Shown one piece after another: positions 39,336 through 49,040 of a stretch of 64,000 nucleotides of DNA. Location: the NCBI GenBank assembly GCA_963703345.1, contig OY969814.1, forward strand, positions 1,824,001 to 1,888,000, in the 5' to 3' direction. This DNA is from an uncultured Chloroflexia bacterium. GTDB lineage: Bacteria; Chloroflexota; Dehalococcoidia; DSTF01; JALHUB01. A program made the position numbers and the translations under genes. Each line of letters opens with the position of its first letter. Position 1 is the first letter of the stretch. The notes under the pieces were generated by a model, which was not told the origin of the DNA, ran no database searches, and saw only the letters and a program-made list of their open reading frames with translations.

Positions 39336-39942
39336 CGGATGCCCAGCGCAGGAAGTTGTCGTAGAAGAGGAGGCCCACGTCGCCGCTCTTCTCCGGGTGG
39401 AACTGCGTCGCGATCACGTTGTCGCGGACGAGGGCGCTGGCGAAGGTAATGCCGTAGTCGGTCTCGCCCAGCACCGTATCGCCGTCGTCGGGCTCCGGAT
39501 AGTAGCTGTGGACGAAGTAGAAGTAGGCGGCCTCGGGTATGCCCTCGAACACGGCGTGCTGCCGCCGCCGCCGGACCTGGTTCCAGCCCATGTGCGGCAC
39601 CTTGAGGCCGCCCGGCAGGCGCAGGACGCGTCCCGGCAGGATGTCGAGGCAAGGGTGCTCGCCGCCCTCCTCGCTCACCGTCAGCAGCGCCTGAAGCCCC
39701 ATGCAGATGCCCAGGTAGGGACGGCCGCTACCGACGAAGGAGCGAATCGGCTCGACGAGGTCGCGCTCGCGCAGATTGCGCATCGTGTCGGCGGCGGCGC
39801 CGACGCCCGGGACGATGACGACCTCCGCCGCCTCAACCGTCGCCGCGTCGCCGCTGATTACGGCGTCGTGGCCGCAGTGGGCGACGGCCCTCGCCACGCT
39901 ACGCAGGTTGCCGGCGCCGTAATCGACGATTACCACTCGCAT
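39328..39942 (-). CDS. hisH: Imidazole glycerol phosphate synthase, glutaminase subunit
   Basis: VDYGAGNLRSV, GICMG, VPHMGWN, YFVHSY, QFHPEKS. Confidence 0.97.
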   Translation of the reverse strand: MRVVIVDYGAGNLRSVARAVAHCGHDAVISGDAATVEAAEVVIVPGVGAAADTMRNLRERDLVEPIRSFVGSGRPYLGICMGLQALLTVSEEGGEHPCLDILPGRVLRLPGGLKVPHMGWNQVRRRRQHAVFEGIPEAAYFYFVHSYYPEPDDGDTVLGETDYGITFASALVRDNVIATQFHPEKSGDVGLLFYDNFLRWASGV

Positions 39943-40071
39943 GTCATCCTCCACGTCCGATTCTAGCACAGCTTCCTGTAACGGACTGCGCGGCTGGCGG
40001 GTCAGAGCTTTCGCCGCTTATAATGCGGTATCGGTTGCCACCCCGTCAGGTTTGAAAGGGCCACCGGACGA

Positions 40072-41454
40072 ATGGCCGACGAAGTCGTGCGCGATTCTCC
40101 TGCTGCGATCGCGGGTCGTGAGGACAAACCCGCGTCGAGGCGACACCTGGTGCTGCTCATCGGCATCGTCGTCCTGGCAATCGGCCTGCGTCTCGCCTGG
40201 ATCGCTTATGTCAACCCGAATCCTCTCGACGGCAGGACGGACGACACCGCGTTCTACGCCTCCGCCGGGCAAGCGCTGGCGGCCGCCAAAGGGTACGTGA
40301 ACTTCCTCGGCTTCCCGACGGCGCAGTGGCCGCCCGCCTATCCGTTCCTCCTCGCCGGCATGTTCAAGCTCTTCGGCAGCACGAACTTCGTCGTCCCGAA
40401 GATCGTCAACGCCCTCGCCGGCGGCCTCACCTGCCTGCTGATTTACCTCATCGCCGCCAGGGTATTCGAGCGGCGAATCGGCCTGCTGGCGGCGCTCCTG
40501 TTCGCGCTGTTCCCCGGCCAGATCTACTTCTCGACGCTGTTGATGACGGAATCGCTGACGCCGGCGCTCGTCGGGCTAATGCTGCTCCTGCTGCTGATGT
40601 GGGTCGTCGAGCGGAGGGACACGCGCTGGTTCCACCACGTCACGCTGGGGGTGCTGTTCGGCGTCGCCCTGCTGGCCCGCGGCGAGGCGGTCATGCTGGT
40701 ACTGGCGGCGCTGCTCATCTGGAAGCTGGCCGTGCCCGCCTGGCGGTTGTTCGCGCGGCAGGCGGGAGTGTTCGTTCTGGCGGCCGGTCTCACGGTCCTC
40801 CCCTGGACGGTCCGAAACGCTATCAGCATGCATTCTTTCGTCCCGGTGAGCACGGCGCTCGGCCACACGCTGCTTGCCGGCCACCAGCCGAACCCCTACG
40901 CCATCGGCTCGCTCTTCCCTGAGGCCAAGATCCAGCAAGAGTACTCGTATCTGCCGTATCCAGAGCGTGAGGTCAAAGTGGAGAGCGTGGCGGAGCACCA
41001 GGCGCTGAGCTTCATCGTGCACCACCCGGTAGAGGAGGCATGGTATCCGCTGCTGAAGTTCAAGCACATGTTCCAGAATGACGATGACGCCGTGAGCTGG
41101 GTGAACTCCTGGGCGCCGGCGCCGGACACGCGCCCGAAGCTGCTTTCGGCGCAGCAGGAGGACAACCTGTCGACGGTAGCGAACGTCTACTACGTGGCGG
41201 TCATGCTCGTCGCCCTCGCCGGCGTGCCCTTCTGGCTGTCGCTGAAAGACAAGCGGAAGTTCCTCCTCGTCCTGTTCGCCGTCGCCTGGGTGGCGATCCA
41301 CCTCGAGCTGTGGCCGTCCGGGCGCTACCATGTGGCGCTGGCGCCGATATTCTGCCTCTGGGCCGGCCTGACGCTGGTCACGGTGTACGAGTGGCTGGGC
41401 GAGCAGCGACGGCGCACTCTGGCGCAGGCCCGCCGGGCGCGGCAGGCGCGGTAG
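40072..41454 (+). CDS. ArnT/PMT-like GT-C glycosyltransferase, paralogue 1
   Basis: TDDTAFY, WPPAYP, multiple TMs, PWTVRN, RYH. Confidence 0.85.
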   Translation: MADEVVRDSPAAIAGREDKPASRRHLVLLIGIVVLAIGLRLAWIAYVNPNPLDGRTDDTAFYASAGQALAAAKGYVNFLGFPTAQWPPAYPFLLAGMFKLFGSTNFVVPKIVNALAGGLTCLLIYLIAARVFERRIGLLAALLFALFPGQIYFSTLLMTESLTPALVGLMLLLLLMWVVERRDTRWFHHVTLGVLFGVALLARGEAVMLVLAALLIWKLAVPAWRLFARQAGVFVLAAGLTVLPWTVRNAISMHSFVPVSTALGHTLLAGHQPNPYAIGSLFPEAKIQQEYSYLPYPEREVKVESVAEHQALSFIVHHPVEEAWYPLLKFKHMFQNDDDAVSWVNSWAPAPDTRPKLLSAQQEDNLSTVANVYYVAVMLVALAGVPFWLSLKDKRKFLLVLFAVAWVAIHLELWPSGRYHVALAPIFCLWAGLTLVTVYEWLGEQRRRTLAQARRARQAR

Positions 41455-41463
41455 GAGCGACGG

Positions 41464-42879
41464 ATGGATGCCGCCCCGGTCGGTCCCGCTCGCTCCCGGA
41501 AGAGACTGCCCTTCCTCCGGCGCCCTTCGCTCTCCGAGGCAGGCTTTCTGCTGTTTGTCTTCCTGCTCGCGCTGGGGCTGCGGCTGGCCTGGATAGCCTA
41601 CGCCCACTACGACCCCAACGACGGCCGCTTTGGCGATGACCTTTTCTACGACTTTATGGCGCGCGGCCTGGCGGCGGGCAAAGGCTACCTGAGCGCGTAC
41701 AACGCACAAAGCGCCCTCTGGCCTCCCGGCTACTCGCTGATCCTGGCCGGGCTGTACAAGGCGATCGGCCACAGCATCATTGCGGCGGACGTGCTGAACG
41801 CCCTCGCTGCCGCCGTCACGACTTTGCTCGTCTACTTCCTCGGGGCGCGCGTGTTCTCGAAGAAGGTCGGCGGAATCGCGGCGGTCATGCTGGCCGTCTT
41901 CCCCGGCCAGATCTACTATTCGGCGCTTATTCTGAACGAATCGCTATTCGCCTTCTTCTCGACGCTCATCCTTCTGCTCACGGTCGTGTGGATCTCTAGG
42001 GGACGGCGTATATGGCCGCCGGCACTGCTCCTGCTGGGGATACTCTTCGGCTGGGCGGCCTTGATGCGCAGCGAGGCCGTCGTCCTGCTCGTCGCGGCGC
42101 TGATCGTCTGGGCGCTTGCGGCTCCCTCCTGGCGCGCCTTCGTCGGTCAGGGGGCGCTGGTGCTTGCCGGCGCGGCCATTGCGATTGCGCCCTGGATGGC
42201 GAGAAACGCCATCGCCATGGACGGCTTCGTCCCGATTTCCAGCGGCGGCGGGCACACGTTCCTCGCCGGGCACCTCGAGGACCCGTACGGCACCCCGTTT
42301 GTCTTTCCCGCCTCCGACCTCTGGATTAAGTACTCTTACCTGCCATACCCGCAGCGCGAGCTGAAGATGGAGCGGGAATCCTGGCGACTCGGGTGGGATT
42401 TCGCTAAGTCGCACCGGAGCTACGAGGTGCAACTCGTGGGCGAGAAGTTCTATCAGCTCTACAAAGACGACTCCGAGGCACTGCTCTGGATCGAAGGCGC
42501 CTGGCCCAGCCCGGGCAACCTGCCCTGGTTGCAGGGGAGCTGGGTCGCCGAGCGCCCGCCGCCGGATCCCGTGGTGACGATTCCGCGGGCGGCGGAGAGG
42601 AACTGGGCTCGCCTAGCCGACCGCTACTACTTCGCGGTCCTGGCCGCCGCGCTGATTGGCGTACCGCTCTGGTTCTCCGTGAAGGACAAGAAACGCCTTC
42701 TGCTCGTGCTTGCGGTCGTGCTCTGGACGGCGCTGCACCTGGCGTTCATTCCCAACTCCCGCTACCACGTGGCGCTCATCCCCGTGTTCTGTCTGTGGGC
42801 GGCGACGACGCTGGTCTTTGCGTTCGACCTTGTGAAGCGGCGGCTGACGAAGAGGCCGAAGGAGAGCTCGACGTCGTGA
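41464..42879 (+). CDS. ArnT/PMT-like GT-C glycosyltransferase, paralogue 2
   Basis: GDDLFY, WPPGY, PWMARN, RYH. Confidence 0.85.
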   Translation: MDAAPVGPARSRKRLPFLRRPSLSEAGFLLFVFLLALGLRLAWIAYAHYDPNDGRFGDDLFYDFMARGLAAGKGYLSAYNAQSALWPPGYSLILAGLYKAIGHSIIAADVLNALAAAVTTLLVYFLGARVFSKKVGGIAAVMLAVFPGQIYYSALILNESLFAFFSTLILLLTVVWISRGRRIWPPALLLLGILFGWAALMRSEAVVLLVAALIVWALAAPSWRAFVGQGALVLAGAAIAIAPWMARNAIAMDGFVPISSGGGHTFLAGHLEDPYGTPFVFPASDLWIKYSYLPYPQRELKMERESWRLGWDFAKSHRSYEVQLVGEKFYQLYKDDSEALLWIEGAWPSPGNLPWLQGSWVAERPPPDPVVTIPRAAERNWARLADRYYFAVLAAALIGVPLWFSVKDKKRLLLVLAVVLWTALHLAFIPNSRYHVALIPVFCLWAATTLVFAFDLVKRRLTKRPKESSTS

Positions 42880-44216
42880 AGCGCTCTCCCCTGAGACTGC
42901 TCCTGAGCCGCGAGGCCGCGCTGCTTTGCCTGGCGCTCGGCATCGCCTTCGCGCTGCGACTGGGCTGGATGCTGGCCGTGGACCCGGAGCCAACCGAGTT
43001 CCGCGTCGGCGACCCTTATTTCTACGACCTCTTTGGCCGTTCGCTGGCCGCCGGCAAGGGCTACCTGAACATGTGGGGCGCCCCGACAGCGCAGTGGCCG
43101 CCCGGCTATCCGCTGGTGCTGGCGGCCATCTACAAGCTCTTCGGGCACAGCATACTGCTGGCGAAGCTGTTGAACGTCGCGCTGGGCACGGCGACTTGCC
43201 TCCTGGCGTATCTCATCGGCAGGCGCGTGTTCAGCGGCGCGGTGGGGCTGACGGCGGCCTTCGCGCTGGCGGTCTTCCCCAGCCAGGTCTTCTGGCCGAC
43301 GCTCCTCCTGAGCGAGACGATGGCAACCTTTCTCGTCGCCCTGATCGCCTACATCGTTCTTTCGACGCTCGGCTCGCGTTCCTGGAAGAAGGCGATTGTG
43401 CTGGGAGCGCTTATCGGCTTCACGTCGCTGGTGCGCGGCGAGACCGTGCTGCTGGCGGTGCCGCTCGTCGTCGTCTGGGCCCTTGCGCACCGCTCCTGGC
43501 GCGCGGGTCTTCGCTACGGCGGACTGACGCTTGTCGCCACGGGCCTGGTCATCCTACCCTGGGTGGTGCGCAACTGGGTCGTGATGGACTATCCGATCCT
43601 TATCTCCACGGGCTCGGCGGAGAACCTGATCGGCGGGCACTGGCCGGGAGCCAACGGTCTGGGCAGCTTCGTCCCGATCATCGAGGTCACGGACACATAC
43701 AAGAGCCTTCCTTCCGACCAGGCGGAGACGGCGAGCTACAAGGAGGAGACGCGCCGGGCCATCGACTTCATGGTGCACAACCCGGGCAAAGAGGTGCCGC
43801 TGGTTGCGAAGAAGCTGCGCGCCTTCTACAGCACCGACGACCGGCCGATTCTCTGGACGCAGAAGGGCACGATCAACGATCCGGTCTTCAGCGACAGCAC
43901 GTCGCACCGGCTGGAGGTGCTGGCGAACACGTACTACCGCATCGTCTTCGTGATCGCGGCGTTGGGCCTGCCGCTGTGGTTCTCGCTGCGCAACCCGCGG
44001 AAGCTGCTCCTCGTCCTGCTGCTCTTGTACTACTCGTTCTTCTTCGGCTTCGTCTTCGTCGGCGAGCCGCGACTGCACTCGGCGCTGATACCCGTCTTCG
44101 CCGTCCTTGCCGCGGCGTCGCTGCTGGGCGTGCCGCGAGCGCTCTACCGCTTCGCGATGCAATCGCAGGCGAGGGCGAGGGCTGGCACGCGGGGCCGTCG
44201 CGGAGTAGTCTCTTAG
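42876..44216 (+). CDS. ArnT/PMT-like GT-C glycosyltransferase, paralogue 3
   Basis: GDPYFY, WPPGYP, PWVVRN, RLH; GTG start overlapping the previous stop (GTGA). Confidence 0.85.
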   Translation: MKRSPLRLLLSREAALLCLALGIAFALRLGWMLAVDPEPTEFRVGDPYFYDLFGRSLAAGKGYLNMWGAPTAQWPPGYPLVLAAIYKLFGHSILLAKLLNVALGTATCLLAYLIGRRVFSGAVGLTAAFALAVFPSQVFWPTLLLSETMATFLVALIAYIVLSTLGSRSWKKAIVLGALIGFTSLVRGETVLLAVPLVVVWALAHRSWRAGLRYGGLTLVATGLVILPWVVRNWVVMDYPILISTGSAENLIGGHWPGANGLGSFVPIIEVTDTYKSLPSDQAETASYKEETRRAIDFMVHNPGKEVPLVAKKLRAFYSTDDRPILWTQKGTINDPVFSDSTSHRLEVLANTYYRIVFVIAALGLPLWFSLRNPRKLLLVLLLLYYSFFFGFVFVGEPRLHSALIPVFAVLAAASLLGVPRALYRFAMQSQARARAGTRGRRGVVS

Positions 44217-44242
44217 GAAAGGCGACGGTCCGGAGGATTGAC

Positions 44243-44983
44243 GTGGAAGCCGAACGCAGCAGGGCACTGGTCATCGTCCCCGCCTACAACGAGGAGGCGA
44301 CGCTGCGTCTCGTGCTCCAGGAGCTGCGCGAGGTAGCGCCGCAGTTCGACATCGTCGTCATCAACGACGGCTCCAGCGACGCCACGCCGACCGTCGCCCG
44401 CTCGCTCGGCCTGCCCGTGCTCGACCTCTGCTTCAATCTGGGCATCGGCGGCGCCGTCCAGACCGGCTTCAAGTACGCGCTGGACAAGGGATACGAGACG
44501 GCCGTGCAGGTGGACGGCGACGGCCAGTTCCCACCGGAGCGAATCGCCTCGCTGGTGGCGCTGGTGCTGGACGAGGGCTTCGACATGGTGATCGGCTCTC
44601 GCTACCTGGAGGAGCCAGGCTACGCGGGAAGTCCGCTGCGACGGCTGGGCAACTTCATCCTCTCCAGCATCGCGACTCTCTTCAGCCGGCAGAAGATAAC
44701 GGACGCGACATCCGGCTTTCGCGCCTACAGCCGGCGCGCGCTGCGCTACCTCGCCGACTACTATCCGCCCGACTACCCGGAGCCGGAATCGATTGTCTTC
44801 CTGTCGCGGCAGGGCCTGACGATTCGCGAGGTGCCGGTGGCGATGAGGGCGCGCCAGGGCGGCGTTTCGTCCATCGGCGGGCTGAGGCCGCTGTCCTACA
44901 TGGGCAAGGTGAGCCTTGCCCTGACGCTGAATGCCCTCAAGGAAAAGCCGTTCCCCACTCCCGAAAGGAGACGAGAGCAATGA
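44243..44983 (+). CDS. GT2, polyprenol-phosphate glycosyltransferase (DPM1-like)
   Basis: VPAYNE, NDGSSD, NLGIGGA, VDGDGQ, GSRY, DATSGFR, DYPE; GGAGG RBS. Confidence 0.9.
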   Translation: MEAERSRALVIVPAYNEEATLRLVLQELREVAPQFDIVVINDGSSDATPTVARSLGLPVLDLCFNLGIGGAVQTGFKYALDKGYETAVQVDGDGQFPPERIASLVALVLDEGFDMVIGSRYLEEPGYAGSPLRRLGNFILSSIATLFSRQKITDATSGFRAYSRRALRYLADYYPPDYPEPESIVFLSRQGLTIREVPVAMRARQGGVSSIGGLRPLSYMGKVSLALTLNALKEKPFPTPERRREQ

Positions 44984-45390
44984 TCCTGCTTTCTTTCTCG
45001 CCGAGGCCGATAAGCGTGTTCGTCATACTCGTCTCTCTGGCGATTGCGGCCATCGTGCTCACGTACGTCCGCAAGTGGCGGTTGCGAGAGGAGTACTCGC
45101 TCCTCTGGCTGCTGCTGTCCGCCGCAATGCTGCTGCTGGCGTCGTTCGAAGGGATCATGGAGTGGACGGCGGAGCGGCTGGGCGTGCTCTATCCGCCGTC
45201 GATCATGTTCTTCGTCGCCATCGCCTTCGTCGTCGCGATGCTGTTCCACTACTCCTTGGAGATATCGCGCCTGTCCGACCAGAGCCGTCGGCTGGCGCAG
45301 GAGCTGAGCCTGCTACGCTCGCGGCTGGAGACGGAGGGCCGCCTGCCGATGCGTCAGCAGGAGGGGCAGGCGGCGGAGGGCGAGGCGTAA
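44980..45390 (+). CDS. DUF2304 family membrane protein
   Basis: VRK..LREEYSLLW, LG..YPP, RLAQEL; typical partner of the upstream GT2. Confidence 0.88.
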   Translation: MILLSFSPRPISVFVILVSLAIAAIVLTYVRKWRLREEYSLLWLLLSAAMLLLASFEGIMEWTAERLGVLYPPSIMFFVAIAFVVAMLFHYSLEISRLSDQSRRLAQELSLLRSRLETEGRLPMRQQEGQAAEGEA

Positions 45391-45465
45391 GCGCGACAGC
45401 CGCAACATTCCCTGCTATAATCCGCGTAGCCGACACCTTCTGGATTCGACGTGTCGAGGACGCAG

Positions 45466-45906
45466 ATGAATCGAAACCGCCTGCTTGTCGTGCTGCTACT
45501 GCTGACGGCCCTCGCTGCTGTTTCCTGCGCTTCCTCCAACAAGCACAGCAAACCTACGCCAACGCAATCCGCCGCATCTGCAACCGCCTCAGCCACGTCT
45601 GACGACCCGATCGATAGCATCATTAGGGGGTTGGTGCTCAACGAAATAGGTCCGACTTTCAAGGATCTGCCCATGAGAAGTGAGAACCTGACCATCAGGG
45701 ACAAGCATTACTACACCGACTCGTCCGGCACTAGTTGGATTGCGTTCGGCGCGGAGGTAACATTCGAAGACGGCTCAGAACTAGCCGTCGGAGTGGTGAA
45801 ACAAGCCTCGGGAGGAACAAAGTGGGAATTAGTCGCATTGGGAACCGGTCCCCTCCCCGAGACCATTCCTGACGATGTCAAGAACGGTTTGGGAATCAAA
45901 TGGTGA
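45466..45906 (+). CDS. Lipoprotein with one copy of an unnamed repeat domain
   Basis: LTALAAVSC lipobox, TPT linker, YYTDSSGTSW...WELVALGTG. Confidence 0.8.
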   Translation: MNRNRLLVVLLLLTALAAVSCASSNKHSKPTPTQSAASATASATSDDPIDSIIRGLVLNEIGPTFKDLPMRSENLTIRDKHYYTDSSGTSWIAFGAEVTFEDGSELAVGVVKQASGGTKWELVALGTGPLPETIPDDVKNGLGIKW

Positions 45907-45913
45907 ATAGAAC

Positions 45914-46345
45914 TTGAGCAATCGGAACCTGCTGCTGTTCGCGTTGCCCCTTCTCCTGCTCACGGCGCTCGCTGCCGCCTCCTGCGCCTCGTCCAACAAG
46001 CAAACTGAATCCACGCCAACGCAATCACCCGCATTTGCAACCGCGTCGGCTACTCCTGCAGAAGACATGGACGGAATCATTACAGATCTGCTCCTGAACA
46101 ACAAAGCGACACAAGATGTGACCATTGGTGAGAAACGCTACTACAATGACCCCTCGGGCACCACGTGGGTTGAATTCGTCGCGTCTCCAATACGGAAGGG
46201 GACGGCAGAAGGGGGCTACGGGATCATCAAGAAGGTACCCGGCGGAAGCTGGGAACTGGTCAATTATGGAACGGGCGCAGTCGAATGCGGCCTTCCGGAG
46301 GACGTACAAGTCGGCCTGGGATTTGATTACTGCCCGCACGGTTAG
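45914..46345 (+). CDS. Lipoprotein paralogue, one domain copy
   Basis: LTALAAASC, YYNDPSGTTW...WELVNYGTG..ECGLP. Confidence 0.8.
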   Translation: MSNRNLLLFALPLLLLTALAAASCASSNKQTESTPTQSPAFATASATPAEDMDGIITDLLLNNKATQDVTIGEKRYYNDPSGTTWVEFVASPIRKGTAEGGYGIIKKVPGGSWELVNYGTGAVECGLPEDVQVGLGFDYCPHG

Positions 46346-46402
46346 CCATATTCCAAGATAGCTCCAACTGCGGGTCTTTCCGTTCCAAACGAGGGGCCAG
46401 CG

Positions 46403-47908
46403 ATGAAGAAGAGCCTACTGCTGCTGTCAATGCTGGCGCTAGCGCTGGTGACGGCCTTAGCCGGCGGCTCTTGCGCCTCGTCCAAGAACCAGCCCGAATC
46501 CACGCCAACGCCCTCGGCCGCGTCCGCCACTGCCACACAGATTTCCAACGAAGCGGCGGAAGCGGCGGCAACGACTTTCGTGGAGGCCTGGGAGACGATC
46601 AACTACCACGACCAGGAAGGCCGATTCAACCGGGTGCTTTTGCTGCTGAGCTCCGATAGGCTCGCCCAGTATGCTGCCTTCCACGAAAACCCTTACGTTC
46701 GGATGTACGAGGTGACGGGAACGACCGCAGTCGTGTCAAGCCGGGTGACCGAAACCTCGGGGGGCGTAGCCACCGTCGCCGTTACCACTCAGCGTACTCG
46801 CCACCTCGTCGTGCCTGGTTCAGAATCGGTACCCGTTGAGCAGTCATCAATCGAGCAGATGGAGTGCCATCTTGTCCTAGAAGGCGGCCAGTGGCTCGTG
46901 CAGAGTTGGCAAATCGAGTCTGAGCAACTGCTTCCGACGGAGGGAACGGCAGTGACAGCAACGGCGACGCCCTCGCCAAACACGTCTTCCGCGACCCTTT
47001 CGATGATAGCAGGGGACTTCATCGCGAGCTACGCTTCGGCAATTACAGAGGACGTCGGAGGCGGCGTTGTTGCGCAATATACTGATTCAACCGGCACAAC
47101 CTGGGCCAGGATTAAGACGCTCGAGCACGGCTACGATGTCAACGGCAAGGAAGTGACTACGCCCTACACTGGAATCATAAAGGAGACATCGGACGATACC
47201 TGGGAACTGGTCAGCCTCGGGAACGCTGGCGTGGCCTGCGGGCTTGCGGCCGACGTCCAGTCTGCCCTGGAATTCCTTGTCTGTACGCCGGGACCGATGG
47301 CGACGGCCTGGGCCGAGGAGGATGAGCAGGCGGATCAGGCTGTCAAGGGGACCGCATCGTCCGCGTACAACGCGAGAGTTGATGACAAGATGTACTACAC
47401 CGATTCGGACGGAAACCTGTGGCTCCAGTTCAACATATCCCCGGTTCCCAATGATCTCACGGACCCGGCTCGCGGCTACATGGTGAAGTTGCCCGACGGC
47501 AAATGGCGTGTCGTCAGCGGTCCCGGCACAGCCATGATGGAGTGCGACTTGCCGGTCGAGGTGCAGACTGCATTCCGGCACCGGACCTGCCTTCCGGATG
47601 AGGCTGCGCTTGACGGGGCCATCCGGGCCTTCGTTCGACAAAACGAGCCTGAGGACGTCGACAAAGTGATAATCGATGCAAAGCGGTGGGATGACAGTTC
47701 GTCCCAGCGGACCTGGGTGCAGGCCGGAGTCCTCCTGGTTCGGGGCGAGAGCACCGCACAGGTCTACATTCTGATGAGAAAAAGGCCGGAAGGGGGTTGG
47801 GAGGGAGTTGCCAGCCCTTCAACAGATAGCAGCGTCTGGTGCGATGCCCCTGCGAACGTTCTGCCTCGCCCTCCCTACTGCCCGACGCCTACGCCGCCCG
47901 CTAGTTGA
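46403..47908 (+). CDS. Lipoprotein paralogue with an N-terminal NTF2-like domain and three domain copies
   Basis: AGGSC lipobox, TPT linkers, three D-s-x-G-x-x-W...W...C blocks. Confidence 0.8.
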   Translation: MKKSLLLLSMLALALVTALAGGSCASSKNQPESTPTPSAASATATQISNEAAEAAATTFVEAWETINYHDQEGRFNRVLLLLSSDRLAQYAAFHENPYVRMYEVTGTTAVVSSRVTETSGGVATVAVTTQRTRHLVVPGSESVPVEQSSIEQMECHLVLEGGQWLVQSWQIESEQLLPTEGTAVTATATPSPNTSSATLSMIAGDFIASYASAITEDVGGGVVAQYTDSTGTTWARIKTLEHGYDVNGKEVTTPYTGIIKETSDDTWELVSLGNAGVACGLAADVQSALEFLVCTPGPMATAWAEEDEQADQAVKGTASSAYNARVDDKMYYTDSDGNLWLQFNISPVPNDLTDPARGYMVKLPDGKWRVVSGPGTAMMECDLPVEVQTAFRHRTCLPDEAALDGAIRAFVRQNEPEDVDKVIIDAKRWDDSSSQRTWVQAGVLLVRGESTAQVYILMRKRPEGGWEGVASPSTDSSVWCDAPANVLPRPPYCPTPTPPAS

Positions 47909-47913
47909 GGCCG

Positions 47914-49035
47914 TTACCACTCCGGCGGGCCGCGATGCATCCGCACGCTCTCTAATATCCCCAGCGCGATGAACAGCGTCAGCAGCGAGCTGCCCCCCTG
48001 GCTGATGAACGGCAGCGGAATGCCCGTCACCGGCACGAGTCGGATGTTCACGCCGACGTTGATGAACACCTGGAACAGTATGTACGTGCAGATTCCCGTC
48101 GCCAGCAGCCGTCCGAACGGGTCGCGCGAGGAGGCGGCGGTCTGCAGGCAGCGCATCAGCAGCACGACGAACAGCGCGAACAGGATGACGACGCCCACGA
48201 AGCCCAGCTCTTCGCCCAGCACGCTGAAGATGTAGTCGGTCGTCTGCGTGCGCAGGTAGTCGAGCTGCGTCTGCGTGCCATGCGTCAGCCCCTTGCCGAA
48301 CAGCCTTCCCGAGCCGATGCTTATCTCCGCCTGAAGCGTGTTGAAGCCGGAGCCGAGGGGGTCTTTGCCCGGGTCGAGGAAGGTGGCGATGCGCTCCCGC
48401 TGGTAATCGCTGACAAGGGCGATGAGGGCGAACGGCGCGGCGACGGCGGCCGAAGCGACCAGCCCCAGGACGTGCGTCGCGCGGGCACCGGCCATGATGA
48501 CGATCGCCAGCCAGATCGCCAGGAGAATTATCGCCGAGCCGAGGTCGGGTTCGGCGAAAACGAGCACGGTGGGCACGAGAGTGATGACAAGCGACGTGAC
48601 GAACACGGCCAGCGAGCCCATTCGCTCCTGCCGGTCCGTCAGATACTTGGCGAGGACGATGACGACGATGAGCTTCGTCATCTCCGACGGCTGCACCTGC
48701 GTCCCGCCGAGCTCGATCCAGCGCCGCGAGCCGTAGACGGCCTGCCCCACGAATAGCACGAACACCAGCGCCGCCAGCGCTCCCAGAAACAGCCACTTTG
48801 AGGCGTAGCCCCACAAACGGTAGTCGACGCGGGAGATGGCGAACATCGCGGCAAGGCCCACCCCGGCGAAAAGGACCTGCCGGGCCACCGGGTGCTCGAT
48901 GACGGCGCTCGAGCTGCCGTAGCTGGGGAGGCTACCGCTGTAGATGAGAAGGACGCCCAGCGCCACGAGGGCGAGGGCGGCGAGCAGCAGTATGTAGTCA
49001 AACTGCCTGACGTAGTCAATCTTCGCCGCTCTCAT
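47914..49035 (-). CDS. rodA: SEDS peptidoglycan polymerase RodA
   Basis: RRWI, QPSE.TK, EPDLG, TDYIFS.LGEELG, PVTGIPLPFISQGGSS. Confidence 0.93.
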   Translation of the reverse strand: MRAAKIDYVRQFDYILLLAALALVALGVLLIYSGSLPSYGSSSAVIEHPVARQVLFAGVGLAAMFAISRVDYRLWGYASKWLFLGALAALVFVLFVGQAVYGSRRWIELGGTQVQPSEMTKLIVVIVLAKYLTDRQERMGSLAVFVTSLVITLVPTVLVFAEPDLGSAIILLAIWLAIVIMAGARATHVLGLVASAAVAAPFALIALVSDYQRERIATFLDPGKDPLGSGFNTLQAEISIGSGRLFGKGLTHGTQTQLDYLRTQTTDYIFSVLGEELGFVGVVILFALFVVLLMRCLQTAASSRDPFGRLLATGICTYILFQVFINVGVNIRLVPVTGIPLPFISQGGSSLLTLFIALGILESVRMHRGPPEW

Positions 49036-49040
49036 CGTCC

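Noticed and set aside
42926-44242. 685-aa fused GT2
   Set aside because: The N-terminal part is an out-of-frame overlap with GT-C paralogue 3. The real start is GTG 44243, which has an RBS.
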